The position numbers were made by a program, and so were the translations under genes. Positions 41,476-51,244 of a stretch of 64,000 nucleotides of DNA are shown here, piece after piece (the stretch's first letter is position 1; each line of letters starts with the position of its first letter). The stretch is from an uncultured Syntrophales bacterium (GTDB taxonomy: Bacteria > Desulfobacterota > Syntrophia > Syntrophales > JADFWA01): NCBI GenBank assembly GCA_964652795.1, contig CAZZBF010000003.1, positions 16,017-80,016 on the forward strand. Direction: 5' to 3'. Below the pieces are notes generated by a model. It had not been told where the DNA came from, did not search any database, and saw nothing but the letters and a program-made list of their open reading frames with translations.

Positions 41476-43104
41476 TTATGAAGAAATGTCGCCCCTTGGC
41501 TGTTTAAGGAGTTTTTCAACAAGGTTAACTGCCCTTACGGCATCACGGGCATATCCGTCGGCCCCAATAGATCGAGAAACCTCGCTATTTACGGCAGCTC
41601 CGCCAACTATAAAGAGGGGCTCTTTTATCCCCTCTTTATAAAATGAATTAATGACTCTTGCCATTTCTTTTCTTGAATCTGTTGTAAATGCGGAGAGGCC
41701 CATTATTGAAGGGCGGAATTTCTGATAAGCTTTTATGAATGCATCTTCAGCAATATCAACGCCCAAGTCAACCACATTGTGCCCATGTGTCTCAAGGAAT
41801 ATCCTCACAAGGTTCTTCCCTATTTCATGTATGTCGCCTTTTACCGTACCAATGAGAATGGTAGGCTTATTCGGCCCGTTGATTTCAAGTCTATGCTCCA
41901 GAATATGAAATCCCTCATAGAACGCATCGACCATGAGAAGGATAGACGGCAAAAAACACTTTTTGACCTCATACATGGCGCTACCCTTCCGAATAGCTCG
42001 CGTCAAGCCTTCGGTAACAATGTTTAACGGGTCAATACCGGCCTCGAGGCCCGCCGCCACTAAATTCTTTGTTACCTCGCGCTCACCCACATACACATTA
42101 TCGCTCATCTTTGACAGCAAAGAGATATGAGATTCCAGCCTATTAATAGACCTTCTGCCGGTTTCCACAAAAAGTCTGATATTTTCAATGGGGGCGGACG
42201 GCGGGACAGCGCAACCGGTGCTTAAAACGAAGTTATCCCTCATGCCCATCATGGAAACCAGATCCGAGGTCTGAGAAATAATATCATCCGCTGATCCAAG
42301 TTCAACAATCTCAACCGGATCAATATTTCCGATTATATAGACATCTTCGGGTATTTCGTCCTCCACCGCTAAAAGCTCCATACAGTTATCGAAGCTGATC
42401 CCGCGCACACCTGTTTTCACTATTTCCGGGACAATCCGATAGGTATCGCCACAAATATGAAGGATTGTTGGGATAGAGGTAAATAGCTCAAAAATCCTTT
42501 TCAAGAAACTGCCGGCAAAATTCCAAAACTGGTCGGGAGGAATCAGTGCGGCAAGGGGATCAGAAACCCATAACAAGTTTGCTCCTGACTCTACAAGGTA
42601 CAGAGCGTATCTTTTTGCGCATTCAAAGGTTTTTTCAAGGACAGCAAGGATTTCCTGTTGGTTTTCCGCAAGCCCTTTAAGTATACTCTCCTCACCTGCT
42701 ACCTGCCCGGCTACTGTGAATGGTCCGTAAAGCTGAGCTACTCTTAGCCTGTCAGGAAATTCCTTCTTCATCTCCTTCAGTACCTGCGCATTCACCTTCA
42801 TCCTGGGGACATTGGTCGGATGCGGAACACAAAAGACTTGAGGCGGAGATTGAACAGAGGGCATCCCTTCCCTGGAATACTTTATCGTGGCCCCCATAGC
42901 CTCTGCCTGAATGGCGATATCACCAAGGTAAAACAGGAGGTCGGAGTCAATCTTTTCATAGTACCGTCTTAAAGCTTCGAACTTTAAGTCCGCCCTCCAG
43001 AGAATGTCATCAATACCAGCGTCAACCATCTGACAAGAAGGCAGAGCATTAATTGGAAATATTAAGTGTCGCATAATAAAATTCCTTACGAGACTTTTCA
43101 ACAC
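41476..43104 (-). CDS. CmuA-like fusion: URO-D/MtaA-family methyltransferase plus cobalamin-binding domain
   Basis: 542 aa. The N-terminal ~340 aa are URO-D/MtaA-like. The C-terminal domain has the B12 motif GDIHEIGKNLV (DxHxxG) followed by GHNVVDLGVD and MGLSAF. The start may be the Met at MRHLIFP. Confidence 0.8.
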   Translation of the reverse strand: MLKSLVRNFIMRHLIFPINALPSCQMVDAGIDDILWRADLKFEALRRYYEKIDSDLLFYLGDIAIQAEAMGATIKYSREGMPSVQSPPQVFCVPHPTNVPRMKVNAQVLKEMKKEFPDRLRVAQLYGPFTVAGQVAGEESILKGLAENQQEILAVLEKTFECAKRYALYLVESGANLLWVSDPLAALIPPDQFWNFAGSFLKRIFELFTSIPTILHICGDTYRIVPEIVKTGVRGISFDNCMELLAVEDEIPEDVYIIGNIDPVEIVELGSADDIISQTSDLVSMMGMRDNFVLSTGCAVPPSAPIENIRLFVETGRRSINRLESHISLLSKMSDNVYVGEREVTKNLVAAGLEAGIDPLNIVTEGLTRAIRKGSAMYEVKKCFLPSILLMVDAFYEGFHILEHRLEINGPNKPTILIGTVKGDIHEIGKNLVRIFLETHGHNVVDLGVDIAEDAFIKAYQKFRPSIMGLSAFTTDSRKEMARVINSFYKEGIKEPLFIVGGAAVNSEVSRSIGADGYARDAVRAVNLVEKLLKQPRGDISS

Positions 43105-43281
43105 ATCAGTTTCGACGAAAATGTTAGTGTCTCAGGATACTTTTTGGGACAAAAAAGATCACCTCTGATCCTGGTTCTATCAAATAAATCTACTCCTTAA
43201 CTTCGCGCATACGTAATCGATAATGCTGACGGAAATGATGATCATAATTATCATGGTACAAACTTTTCGGTAATATTGTTT

Positions 43282-44010
43282 TTAAATCGCCGTCTTGAGG
43301 AGCAATAAAGTACCCATGATGAAAAGCAAGCCACAAATGAACTTATCAAACGTGCGGTCCTGAATCATTCTGAATACGTAAATGCCAAGGCCGATACCGA
43401 CCAGTATAAGCGGTGAAAAATAAAGATTCATGATTAGGATTCTTGATGTAAAAAGGCCCAAACATATGTACCATGATAAAAGGTACAGGTTTGTAAGCAG
43501 GAAAAATACCTGCAAATTTACTTTAAATATGAATTTGTTGTTATGCGTCCAGGTATTGTAAATAATGACTGGTGGTCCTGGCATGTAGACAGCTCCCCCT
43601 AGAATTCCAGAAAGAAATCCTGCCAGGCAGGACCAAGATTTTCTTTCTGCGGTAATTGAGGCCTTGTTGTTTAAGACAGACCAGAGTGAAAATGAAATTA
43701 AGATTGCTCCAACACCAAACTTAAGTACGGGATCACTCATGTTTGTGAGAAAGAATACACCAAGCAACGCTCCCGGCATGAATCCAATTATTTGAAGCAT
43801 GACTCTTTTTATTTTTATGTAGCTTCTGAGCTGTATAAGCAGTATCAAATTAATAGCCATATTATACGTGAGTATAAAAGGAACGGTTTCCTTGATAGAC
43901 CAGAAGAAAGACAAAAATGATATGGCTACTATAGCAAAGCCAAATCCGGAAAACCCCATTATCAGGCTCGAAAAAACTAATATAGCCCCGATCAGGACTG
44001 TGTTTTCCAT
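43282..44010 (-). CDS. TauE/SafE (TSUP) family anion exporter
   Basis: 242 aa with 7-8 TM helices and an internally duplicated Gly-rich architecture typical of TSUP proteins. It overlaps the ABC ATPase gene by 19 nt. Confidence 0.7.
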   Translation of the reverse strand: MENTVLIGAILVFSSLIMGFSGFGFAIVAISFLSFFWSIKETVPFILTYNMAINLILLIQLRSYIKIKRVMLQIIGFMPGALLGVFFLTNMSDPVLKFGVGAILISFSLWSVLNNKASITAERKSWSCLAGFLSGILGGAVYMPGPPVIIYNTWTHNNKFIFKVNLQVFFLLTNLYLLSWYICLGLFTSRILIMNLYFSPLILVGIGLGIYVFRMIQDRTFDKFICGLLFIMGTLLLLKTAI

Positions 44011-44753
44011 AAATCATCTTCCAACATACTATGAATTAGTGTGCAGTAATCTTTGAACTCCTTGCTCGTCCTAGCTCTCGGTCTCGATCCATCAATTTCA
44101 ATGACATCGTGAATTCTACCAGGCCTGCTTTTCATAACAACGATGCGATCAGCAAGGAAAACCGCCTCGCTGATACTGTGTGTGACAAATAAAACTGTCT
44201 TTCGCTCGGTTGCCCATATCCTGATCAATTCATTCTGCAAAAAATCTCTCGTCCGGGTATCTAACGCGCCAAATGGTTCGTCCATCAACAGGATTTTAGG
44301 ATTTACAGCCAAAGCCCTTATGATAGCCACCCTTTGCTGCATACCGCCGGAAAGTTCATAAGGGTAAGCATCGGCATAATCAGCGAGTCCCACCATTTCG
44401 AGATATTTTTTTGCTGTTTCTGTCCTTTTTCTCTTGCTGATATTTTTTACCTCAAGTCCGATGGTTACGTTCTCCAGTACGCTCCTCCAGGGAAACAGAG
44501 TATATTCCTGAAAAACAACGCCTCTTTCAGGGCTGGGGCCGTTAATCTCATTTCCCTCTAAAACAATTTTTCCTTCTGTCGGCACCTCAAGGCCTGAAAT
44601 TAGCTTTAGAGTTGTAGTTTTTCCACATCCCGATGCTCCTACGATACAGACAAATTCACTCTCATCTACATCCAGATTCACATTATTTATGGCCTGAAAT
44701 TTTTCTCCGTTTGTTTTTTTAAATGTTTTCGTGACGTTGATTATATCTAACAT
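43992..44753 (-). CDS. ABC transporter ATP-binding protein (NitT/TauT family, TauB/SsuB-like)
   Basis: 253 aa with GASGCGKTT, LSGGMQQR and LLMDEPFGALD. Confidence 0.9.
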   Translation of the reverse strand: MLDIINVTKTFKKTNGEKFQAINNVNLDVDESEFVCIVGASGCGKTTTLKLISGLEVPTEGKIVLEGNEINGPSPERGVVFQEYTLFPWRSVLENVTIGLEVKNISKRKRTETAKKYLEMVGLADYADAYPYELSGGMQQRVAIIRALAVNPKILLMDEPFGALDTRTRDFLQNELIRIWATERKTVLFVTHSISEAVFLADRIVVMKSRPGRIHDVIEIDGSRPRARTSKEFKDYCTLIHSMLEDDLWKTQS

Positions 44754-44756
44754 GGC

Positions 44757-45593
44757 CTATTTCATCCTGCTGACCCAGGCAAATCGTTGCCTCTCTACAT
44801 GCCTGAAAAACCAATCCATAATAAATCCGATGAATCCAATAACAATCATGCCGGCCACAATTATCTCGGTGCGAAGAAGTTCATAGGCATACCATATAAG
44901 ATAACCGAGGCCTGCATTGCTGCCCGGCATCATCTCTGCCGCTACAAGGCACATCCATCCTATCCCCATTCCGATCCGTAGACCTGTTACTATCGAGGGA
45001 AGGCTGGCAGGGATAATTACCTTTAAAAGTAGTGAAAAGCCTCTTAAACCGAGGGTCCTTGCAGATTCAATATAAATTTTAGGGATGCTTTTGGCTCCGT
45101 GAATAGTATTGAGTAAAATGGGGAAAAAGGCGCCGATCAGTATGATGATAATCATAGAAAACTGAACGCCTCCAAAGAGCACACTACTACTCAGTTCCGG
45201 GAAACAATCGGAAAGGCCTTTTATCCCGAACCATGATAGAATCAAAGGAACCCAGGCCAGCGGGGGGATTGGCCTTAAGGATTCAATCAATGACGCAAAA
45301 AACCTTTCAGCCAATCTATAATAACCCATCAATATCCCCAGAGGAACAGCCAAAACAACGGCCAGAAAAAAACCACACATTACCCTGACAAGACTTATGC
45401 CCATATTTTCAATAAGGCTTCCGGTTATCAGAATCTTTGTGCCTGGATGTGCCAGGACTTTTCCCACCGCCTCCAATCTTGGAAGAACCATTGGCTTATC
45501 AATGTGAATAGCCAGCATCTGCCATATGAACGCCAATAAAAAAGGGAGTAAGAGGTGGGAAAATACCTTTTCTAAAACTTGTTCTTTATTCAC
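44757..45593 (-). CDS. ABC transporter permease (TauC/SsuC-like)
   Basis: 278 aa with 6 TM helices and an EAA-type loop (ESARTLGLRGFSLLLKVIIP). Confidence 0.88.
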   Translation of the reverse strand: MNKEQVLEKVFSHLLLPFLLAFIWQMLAIHIDKPMVLPRLEAVGKVLAHPGTKILITGSLIENMGISLVRVMCGFFLAVVLAVPLGILMGYYRLAERFFASLIESLRPIPPLAWVPLILSWFGIKGLSDCFPELSSSVLFGGVQFSMIIIILIGAFFPILLNTIHGAKSIPKIYIESARTLGLRGFSLLLKVIIPASLPSIVTGLRIGMGIGWMCLVAAEMMPGSNAGLGYLIWYAYELLRTEIIVAGMIVIGFIGFIMDWFFRHVERQRFAWVSRMK

Positions 45594-46773
45594 TAATGAA
45601 TTTCTTCTTTCTCAAATCCTTTTTCGCTGCATCCATATATCGAAAATCGAAGAGAAGAGGAACCAGTTCCTTATCCCGTTTTCCCCGTAACTTTTTGCTG
45701 ACGATGTTCATGCCGTCCATTATTTTTACATATGTGTAAACGCTATTCTTCCACTCTTGTGTAGGTGTTGTAGTGTAGGTGAGGGTGGGCATCGCCACTT
45801 TTTCTACTGATTCTTCAACACCGAGCCAGGATGAACAGGTTCTTGCAGTCATTTCTTTATCCCCATTGGCCGCGTTCACCCCGAGTAAAATCAATTCCAT
45901 CATCTTACCCAGCAGATCCCTGTCCCTTTCTTCAAACCCTTCGGTTGCCTCAAGGGAGCAGCAGGCATGTCCATACCACCTATTGCTGGGAGGAACGTCC
46001 TGTAGATTAAGAATCAATTTGCCCAAACCCCTGTTTATGGTAACCGATGGGAAGGGTTGGGCTCCAATGATGCCTTCTGTTATTCTGTTTGCCAATGCAG
46101 AAATAAGATTTCCATGTCCTTTCATGTTAATGAAGAGGATATCCGATTTATTATCTGTGCTGTCTTCCGTATAGGTAATACCTTCATAATCAAGGGCAGA
46201 TCTGAAAATAATGGTTGCCACACAATGAGGTCCCGGCATTCCAATCTTGAACTGTCTTTTGCTCCCTTTGATTTCATTTACGAAATCACTCCAGCTGTTC
46301 ATAGGGAGCTCCTTCTTGAGTACGAATACATTACCCGCGGTCTGAAGGGGAGATATGATCTTTGTCTTTACTCCTTTATCTATCGACATAATGATGCCCT
46401 GTGTGCCGCTGATTCCCATATCCACACTTCCTTGGGCCACGAGTTTGTCAAGATCAGGTCCCTTTTTTGTGGGGATAAGTTTAACTCTAGATATCTTTGA
46501 GCCTTCATAAAAGAAATCATACAACTTATACTCCTGTACCGGTTTAAGATAGGTTTTGTATTTTCCCTGGAAAAATTCCCAGTCCTTTGCAAGAACCATT
46601 AATGGTGCATGATGGTCGGATAATATATAGCCAAAATTAATTGTGGATTCTTTGGCATACGCCATTTTTGCGATAAAACCCGGAGCCAGCCCAGCCAGTG
46701 CGGTTCCGGCAGCTAAAGTTCCACTTTTCTTTAAAAAGTCTCTCCTTGTTAGATCTTTTTCATGCTTGTTCAT
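45586..46773 (-). CDS. Tat-signal periplasmic substrate-binding protein (NMT1/SsuA/TauA-like)
   Basis: The likely start is ATG 46773 (AAGGAG upstream), giving MNKHEKDLTRRDFLKKSGTLAAGTALAGL (twin-arginine motif). At about 395 aa it is longer than typical SsuA/TauA. The track start is 46818. Confidence 0.75.
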   Translation of the reverse strand: MNKHEKDLTRRDFLKKSGTLAAGTALAGLAPGFIAKMAYAKESTINFGYILSDHHAPLMVLAKDWEFFQGKYKTYLKPVQEYKLYDFFYEGSKISRVKLIPTKKGPDLDKLVAQGSVDMGISGTQGIIMSIDKGVKTKIISPLQTAGNVFVLKKELPMNSWSDFVNEIKGSKRQFKIGMPGPHCVATIIFRSALDYEGITYTEDSTDNKSDILFINMKGHGNLISALANRITEGIIGAQPFPSVTINRGLGKLILNLQDVPPSNRWYGHACCSLEATEGFEERDRDLLGKMMELILLGVNAANGDKEMTARTCSSWLGVEESVEKVAMPTLTYTTTPTQEWKNSVYTYVKIMDGMNIVSKKLRGKRDKELVPLLFDFRYMDAAKKDLRKKKFISE

Positions 46774-46814
46774 CTCTCCATTCTCCTTATCTTTAATTTG
46801 TAGAAATTTCATAT

Positions 46815-47966
46815 TCAATGTAACATCTCCAAGAACGCCTCTATCCTTGTCTTTAATTGTCCCGTGTCCGAGGAGGAATAATCTGTCTCAATTTGTAGCA
46901 GTGGTATTTGATGCTCTTTCTCCAGAAATTCTTTGATAAGGTAGGATTCTACATTGTAGGTATGGCAGCAGTGCCAAGTTAGATCAACTACGCCCTGAAT
47001 CTTGAAGTCTTTAACAAGCCGGCCTAAAAGATTGATCCGGTCCTGATTGGGCGTCATACACGAGCAGGGAATTTTCAAATAACGGCTTGCGATGGATCTG
47101 TAAGGATCACCATCTTCATTTACAAGCAGATCAAAACTCTTTATACCTGTGCAATTCTCCTGGCAGACCACAACACCCCCGCATTCCTCGATCAACCGCA
47201 GAACCTTTTCCGAACCTTTTCCTATCGGACAACCGGTAAGAAGAATCCTTGGTACTTCGAGACTGCATACCGATTCCCCTTTCCTTTTTATGACCTCAAG
47301 CTCATAGGCAAGTTCCCGTAAGGCATTTAAATAGTTTTCGGGCTCAACGGAAAAATTCTTCGATTCCATCACCAGCATCATATCGAGGCCTGAAATAGGT
47401 ACGGGATACTCCGTGCAAAAGCTGACAATTTTCTTTAATAACATTCTTTTATTATTGTGAAGTTTGATCTGATGTCTTAACTCTTTTTCGGATATCCTTG
47501 TGCCTGTCTGAATCTCCAAAAAATCTTTAAGCCTTGCAATCTCTTCAATCCAGTAATTCAGGGAACGATCCCCGTCCGATGTGGGCGGCAGATGCATAAG
47601 AAACAACGGCTTAATTCTTTCCAATAGTTCAAACATCTTCTTCTTGCCGTCACAGGTGGTCTCCCCGATAATAAAATCGGAGAACCCAAAGTAGTTGCAT
47701 GTATTTGTAATGGCATACCCGAAGCTCGATTTGATCAGTGGGCAAAGATTGGCGGGAAGCACGGTTTCCGCGTCGCTAAGAGGGCTCTGATTCTTTCCGC
47801 AGAGACCCACAGGGATAGCTCCGGATGCACGAACCAGCTCTTTTGGAGCAAAGACACAGTACAGGCCAACAATCTTTATCCCTGCTTTCTTCATCTTTTC
47901 ACATTCAAGTTGGCTGTTTTCTCTTAAATGTTCAAACAGAGACATGCTTTCCGGTCTCAATGCCAA
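46815..47966 (-). CDS. HgdB/BcrB-family (2-hydroxyacyl-CoA dehydratase D-component-like) Cys-rich protein, paralogue B
   Basis: 383 aa. It aligns along its length with ORF 47980..49257 and shares nine Cys positions with it (GLYCVF, GLCG, NLCPLIKS, TCNYF, GETTCDGKKK, TGCPIG, ENCTG, PCSCMTPNQDR, HCCHTY). Confidence 0.8.
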   Translation of the reverse strand: MALRPESMSLFEHLRENSQLECEKMKKAGIKIVGLYCVFAPKELVRASGAIPVGLCGKNQSPLSDAETVLPANLCPLIKSSFGYAITNTCNYFGFSDFIIGETTCDGKKKMFELLERIKPLFLMHLPPTSDGDRSLNYWIEEIARLKDFLEIQTGTRISEKELRHQIKLHNNKRMLLKKIVSFCTEYPVPISGLDMMLVMESKNFSVEPENYLNALRELAYELEVIKRKGESVCSLEVPRILLTGCPIGKGSEKVLRLIEECGGVVVCQENCTGIKSFDLLVNEDGDPYRSIASRYLKIPCSCMTPNQDRINLLGRLVKDFKIQGVVDLTWHCCHTYNVESYLIKEFLEKEHQIPLLQIETDYSSSDTGQLKTRIEAFLEMLH

Positions 47967-47979
47967 TTTCCTTTACCTC

Positions 47980-49257
47980 CTACTTAATCAATTCTATGAA
48001 AGCCTCCACTCTTGTTCTGAGCTGTCCCACATCTTCCATGCTGTAGTCCGTATCAATACGAAGTGTTGGAATACTTTTTGCCTCGAGGGCCTTTTCCACC
48101 GGCATGGACTCCATAAGATAGGGCTGACAGAATTGCAGACCGTAATGGATGACGCCGTCCGCCTGATATTTTTCAGCCATCTCGACAATATGATCAAGAC
48201 GATCCGGATTTGGCGTGAAGATGGCGCAATCTACCTTGAAATAGCGGTCAACGATGGCCTCCATAAGTTCATCCACGGTATTACCGGAACCATCGGTAAG
48301 GTTGCGTGTGCCCCGCTCTCCCACGCATGACTCCTCTCCCACAATAACAGCACCGGCGGTTTCTATAATCCAGGGGAGCTTCCAGTTGGGAACGGCCATG
48401 GGGCAGCCGGATATTAAGATTCTTGGAGCTGATTCCGGGATGACGCCTTCTTTTTTTTCGATACGAGTCTCCAGTTCGTCGCAGATGTTATTAACCGAGT
48501 CGGTAAAACGCACGGGATCATCATAGAAAAAAACCTGGTTGGCTAAAAGCGCGTCCAGCCCTGAGATTGGGGCCGGGTTTGCCTTTCTCAGATATGAAAG
48601 CCTGTGAATGGCCTTTCGCTTGTTGTTGACGATCTCAATGCCTTTCTTGAGTCTGTCCGTGTCAATGGTTATGCCCGTAAGTTTTTCAACAGCCTCCTTG
48701 AAGCGCAGATATTCCGCTTTTAAAAGAGCCCTTCCTTCAGCAGATTTCACCTGCGGCAGGTCCATAACATAGAGGTTAGGGACGAGATCACTCAGTGTCT
48801 CGTAGGACTTTTTCTTGCCGTCGCAGGTATTCTCTCCCACAATCATGTCTGCGGATTCAAGATAGGGGCATACTTTCCCCAATTTGAATCCGAAGGCCGA
48901 CTTGATAAGGGAGCAGGTATTGCGGGGAAGGAGCTTTTCCACTTCTTCCATCGCAAAGTCGGCCCCTGTACAAAGACCAACCAGTGTAGCATCGGCAGCT
49001 CTCACGATTTCTTCCGGCACGAAGACGCAGAAGGAACCGATTACCTTCCGCCCGCTCGCCTTTTCGTTCATTAATTCTTTGATCCGCAGGCCGTGAACTT
49101 CGCTCATGACAAAATCAAAATATCCCATGCCCTCCGGCCGCTTCTTCTGGGCGAGATAAATATTCTGATAACCTTTACCAAGAACCTCCAGCAGGGCATC
49201 GTGCGCTGCGAGATCAAGTCCTAATGTTTCCCACATACTCTTGTAATCCTCGCTCAT
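47980..49257 (-). CDS. HgdA/BcrC-family (2-hydroxyacyl-CoA dehydratase D-component-like) Cys-rich protein, paralogue A
   Basis: 425 aa with motifs GSFCVF, GLCTG, NTCSLIKS, VCPYL, GENTCDGKKK, SGCPMA, ESCVG, DCAIFTPNPDR and FCQPY. It ends with the family-typical RIDTDYS...GQLRTRVEAF. Confidence 0.8.
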   Translation of the reverse strand: MSEDYKSMWETLGLDLAAHDALLEVLGKGYQNIYLAQKKRPEGMGYFDFVMSEVHGLRIKELMNEKASGRKVIGSFCVFVPEEIVRAADATLVGLCTGADFAMEEVEKLLPRNTCSLIKSAFGFKLGKVCPYLESADMIVGENTCDGKKKSYETLSDLVPNLYVMDLPQVKSAEGRALLKAEYLRFKEAVEKLTGITIDTDRLKKGIEIVNNKRKAIHRLSYLRKANPAPISGLDALLANQVFFYDDPVRFTDSVNNICDELETRIEKKEGVIPESAPRILISGCPMAVPNWKLPWIIETAGAVIVGEESCVGERGTRNLTDGSGNTVDELMEAIVDRYFKVDCAIFTPNPDRLDHIVEMAEKYQADGVIHYGLQFCQPYLMESMPVEKALEAKSIPTLRIDTDYSMEDVGQLRTRVEAFIELIK

Positions 49258-49626
49258 CTTTTTCCTCCTGTAAGTTTTTATTTAATAATCCCGCATACCT
49301 TTCCGCCCAAGGGTGAATTCAACAGCGTGATTCGGTCCTGACATGGAATTTCTTTTGCCATGTCAAGGTTTCCGTCAAAGCAGTTGAATACAATCCTGTT
49401 GCCTCTTCAGCTTACTGTAATGGTCTTTAACTACTCTATTCTTTTGAGATCGAAGACCGACTCAAAGAAAGACATACGAGCCAGACCGAAAAGATTTGAA
49501 AACTGGTGATTAAAAATGAAGGGAAGAAATTTGAGTTTCCAGTTTGGCCCTGTACCTACCGAACCCAGGTAGAATTTCGATCGTAGCTCAGGTAAAGCCG
49601 AAAAATTTATACATGACCAAACTCCT
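49258..49626 (-). repeat. 5' region of the HgdA-like gene, copy 1 of a duplicated ~370-bp segment
   Basis: It aligns base-for-base with 63482..63855. By eye the identity is roughly 85 percent in the distal 250 nt and lower near the ATG. Confidence 0.85.
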
Positions 49627-49951
49627 GTTAATATAGTTTTATATGACTACCTAAGTTTAAGGAATATGTCAAATTCATAATAGTTATAGTTTTTTGCTAA
49701 TTATAATTGAAATTTATGATAATTAAGTTATTTATGAGTTGTAATCAATGACGACCAAAGATTGTTCCCTTGACATAGCCGGTAGCTACGAACTGGATTT
49801 GTGGGAACGAATCAGATCGGAAAAAGAGGTAACCATGCTCGAATTATCAGATATTAGATAAAGGCTAAATACGATTAACAACCTATTTCCCCGTTATTGC
49901 GGGCTTTGAAATTTTTTGGGTTCCCAGGCCAATTAAAAGACTTTGTAGCTG

Positions 49952-51244
49952 TTAAAAGCTATATCGAATAGCCGTATAGATATTCGTATTATTCTCAAAT
50001 TGACCCCAAAAAGTATGAGACTCTTCTCCTGAAAAAATATTTGCTCCTGTTACTAATGTTATTTTGTCGGTGTACTTGTAACGTATGTTCGGACGAAGAT
50101 AGGCATCCCTGTCACTGGGCGAATAATACGACGAGAGGGATAATTCCAGATTCTGATTCATCAGCAATTTCGTTAATTGTAGCGTTATGACATGCCTGTC
50201 ATGATCCCGGGCCGGACCGCCGGATAGGTGTGTCATGTAATTACTATAATCCAGCATATACTCAATATAATATTGCAGGCTTGCGTTGAAGTCTCGTGCG
50301 AGATCCTGCGTATAACCTACTAGGTACCGCATTTCCGAGTTATTGACCAACGGGTTTGAACCGCTTTCGTCATCGACAGATTGATAATATGCATATTCGA
50401 TATTTCCGATCCCCGGACCGATCTGTCCCCTGGCGCTGAAACCGTAAACATTCAGATCGGGGAATATGTCCACGCCCGATGGTGTCTGGCCGCCGGGCCG
50501 TTTCCAGAACCCATGATAACCATATAAGGCCAATTCGTAGTTGCTGATATTTTGATAGATACGAACGGCAATCTCTTCATCCCGGAACCAGTGATCCGGT
50601 CTGTCGGCGGTGACAATCGCATCCCGGCCGGCACATCTTCCCAGCCGGTCATTCCAATATGAAACATATTCACCGGTGATGTACCTGTCCGCGTCAAACC
50701 GTGGCGTATAGACCACGTCAATATTGATCGGACCCGCAAAAAGACTTACTTTTGCGGCATCGGACGGGGCCTTAAGATACTCCTTGTCTCGTCCGATAAA
50801 ATATGACTGCCAGTCCTTGGGGAACATATCGTTGAGGAAAACAAGATCCCCCGTTCCCCAAGTCAGGACCTGGCGACCGATTTTGATATCCATAAAATCA
50901 AACGGCCGTGAGAACATCCAGGCCTCACGGGTGTCATATTTGCCTTCTTCGGTTACGCCGTCACCCCACACGTCCCCCTTGTACTTGAACTCCGCCCAAT
51001 CGGTGTAGGTGAAGAGTTCGGCCTGCAACCGGACCTCCATTACGGAAGCGTCTTTTTCATACGGGTCATTCTGCATACGGCAGCCCGCCCGTAGCTCAAG
51101 GAAACCATGTATCTCAAGAGGCGGAAGCTGATCCAAAAAAGGATTTTTATAGGCTTCCGCAGCGTGAACCGGAGGGACGGGGAACATCAGGACAATGAAC
51201 AGTGTTAACAGAAATAATTTGCCGGGATTTAAAAGAACTTTCAT
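49952..51244 (-). CDS. outer-membrane beta-barrel protein (unknown family)
   Basis: 430 aa with the signal peptide LFLLTLFIVLMFPVPPVHA. It has alternating-pattern beta-strand-like sequence rich in Tyr/Gly/Asp and a C-terminal AIRYSF ending in Phe. Confidence 0.65.
   Translation of the reverse strand: MKVLLNPGKLFLLTLFIVLMFPVPPVHAAEAYKNPFLDQLPPLEIHGFLELRAGCRMQNDPYEKDASVMEVRLQAELFTYTDWAEFKYKGDVWGDGVTEEGKYDTREAWMFSRPFDFMDIKIGRQVLTWGTGDLVFLNDMFPKDWQSYFIGRDKEYLKAPSDAAKVSLFAGPINIDVVYTPRFDADRYITGEYVSYWNDRLGRCAGRDAIVTADRPDHWFRDEEIAVRIYQNISNYELALYGYHGFWKRPGGQTPSGVDIFPDLNVYGFSARGQIGPGIGNIEYAYYQSVDDESGSNPLVNNSEMRYLVGYTQDLARDFNASLQYYIEYMLDYSNYMTHLSGGPARDHDRHVITLQLTKLLMNQNLELSLSSYYSPSDRDAYLRPNIRYKYTDKITLVTGANIFSGEESHTFWGQFENNTNIYTAIRYSF

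Noticed and set aside
49567-49572. TAG in copy 1 of the small plus-strand ORF as a pyrrolysine codon (corrinoid methyltransferase context).
   Set aside because: The paralogous copy has CAG (Gln) at that codon. There are no pyl genes or Pyl-type methyltransferase in the window. The simpler explanation is a nonsense change or a non-coding region.
49258-49626. Cobalamin riboswitch expected upstream of a corrinoid-enzyme array.
   Set aside because: I could not find the B12-box-like GCCACUG or AGCCAG..GACCUGCC strings or other conserved cobalamin-riboswitch segments on either strand. An Rfam scan would be needed to be sure.
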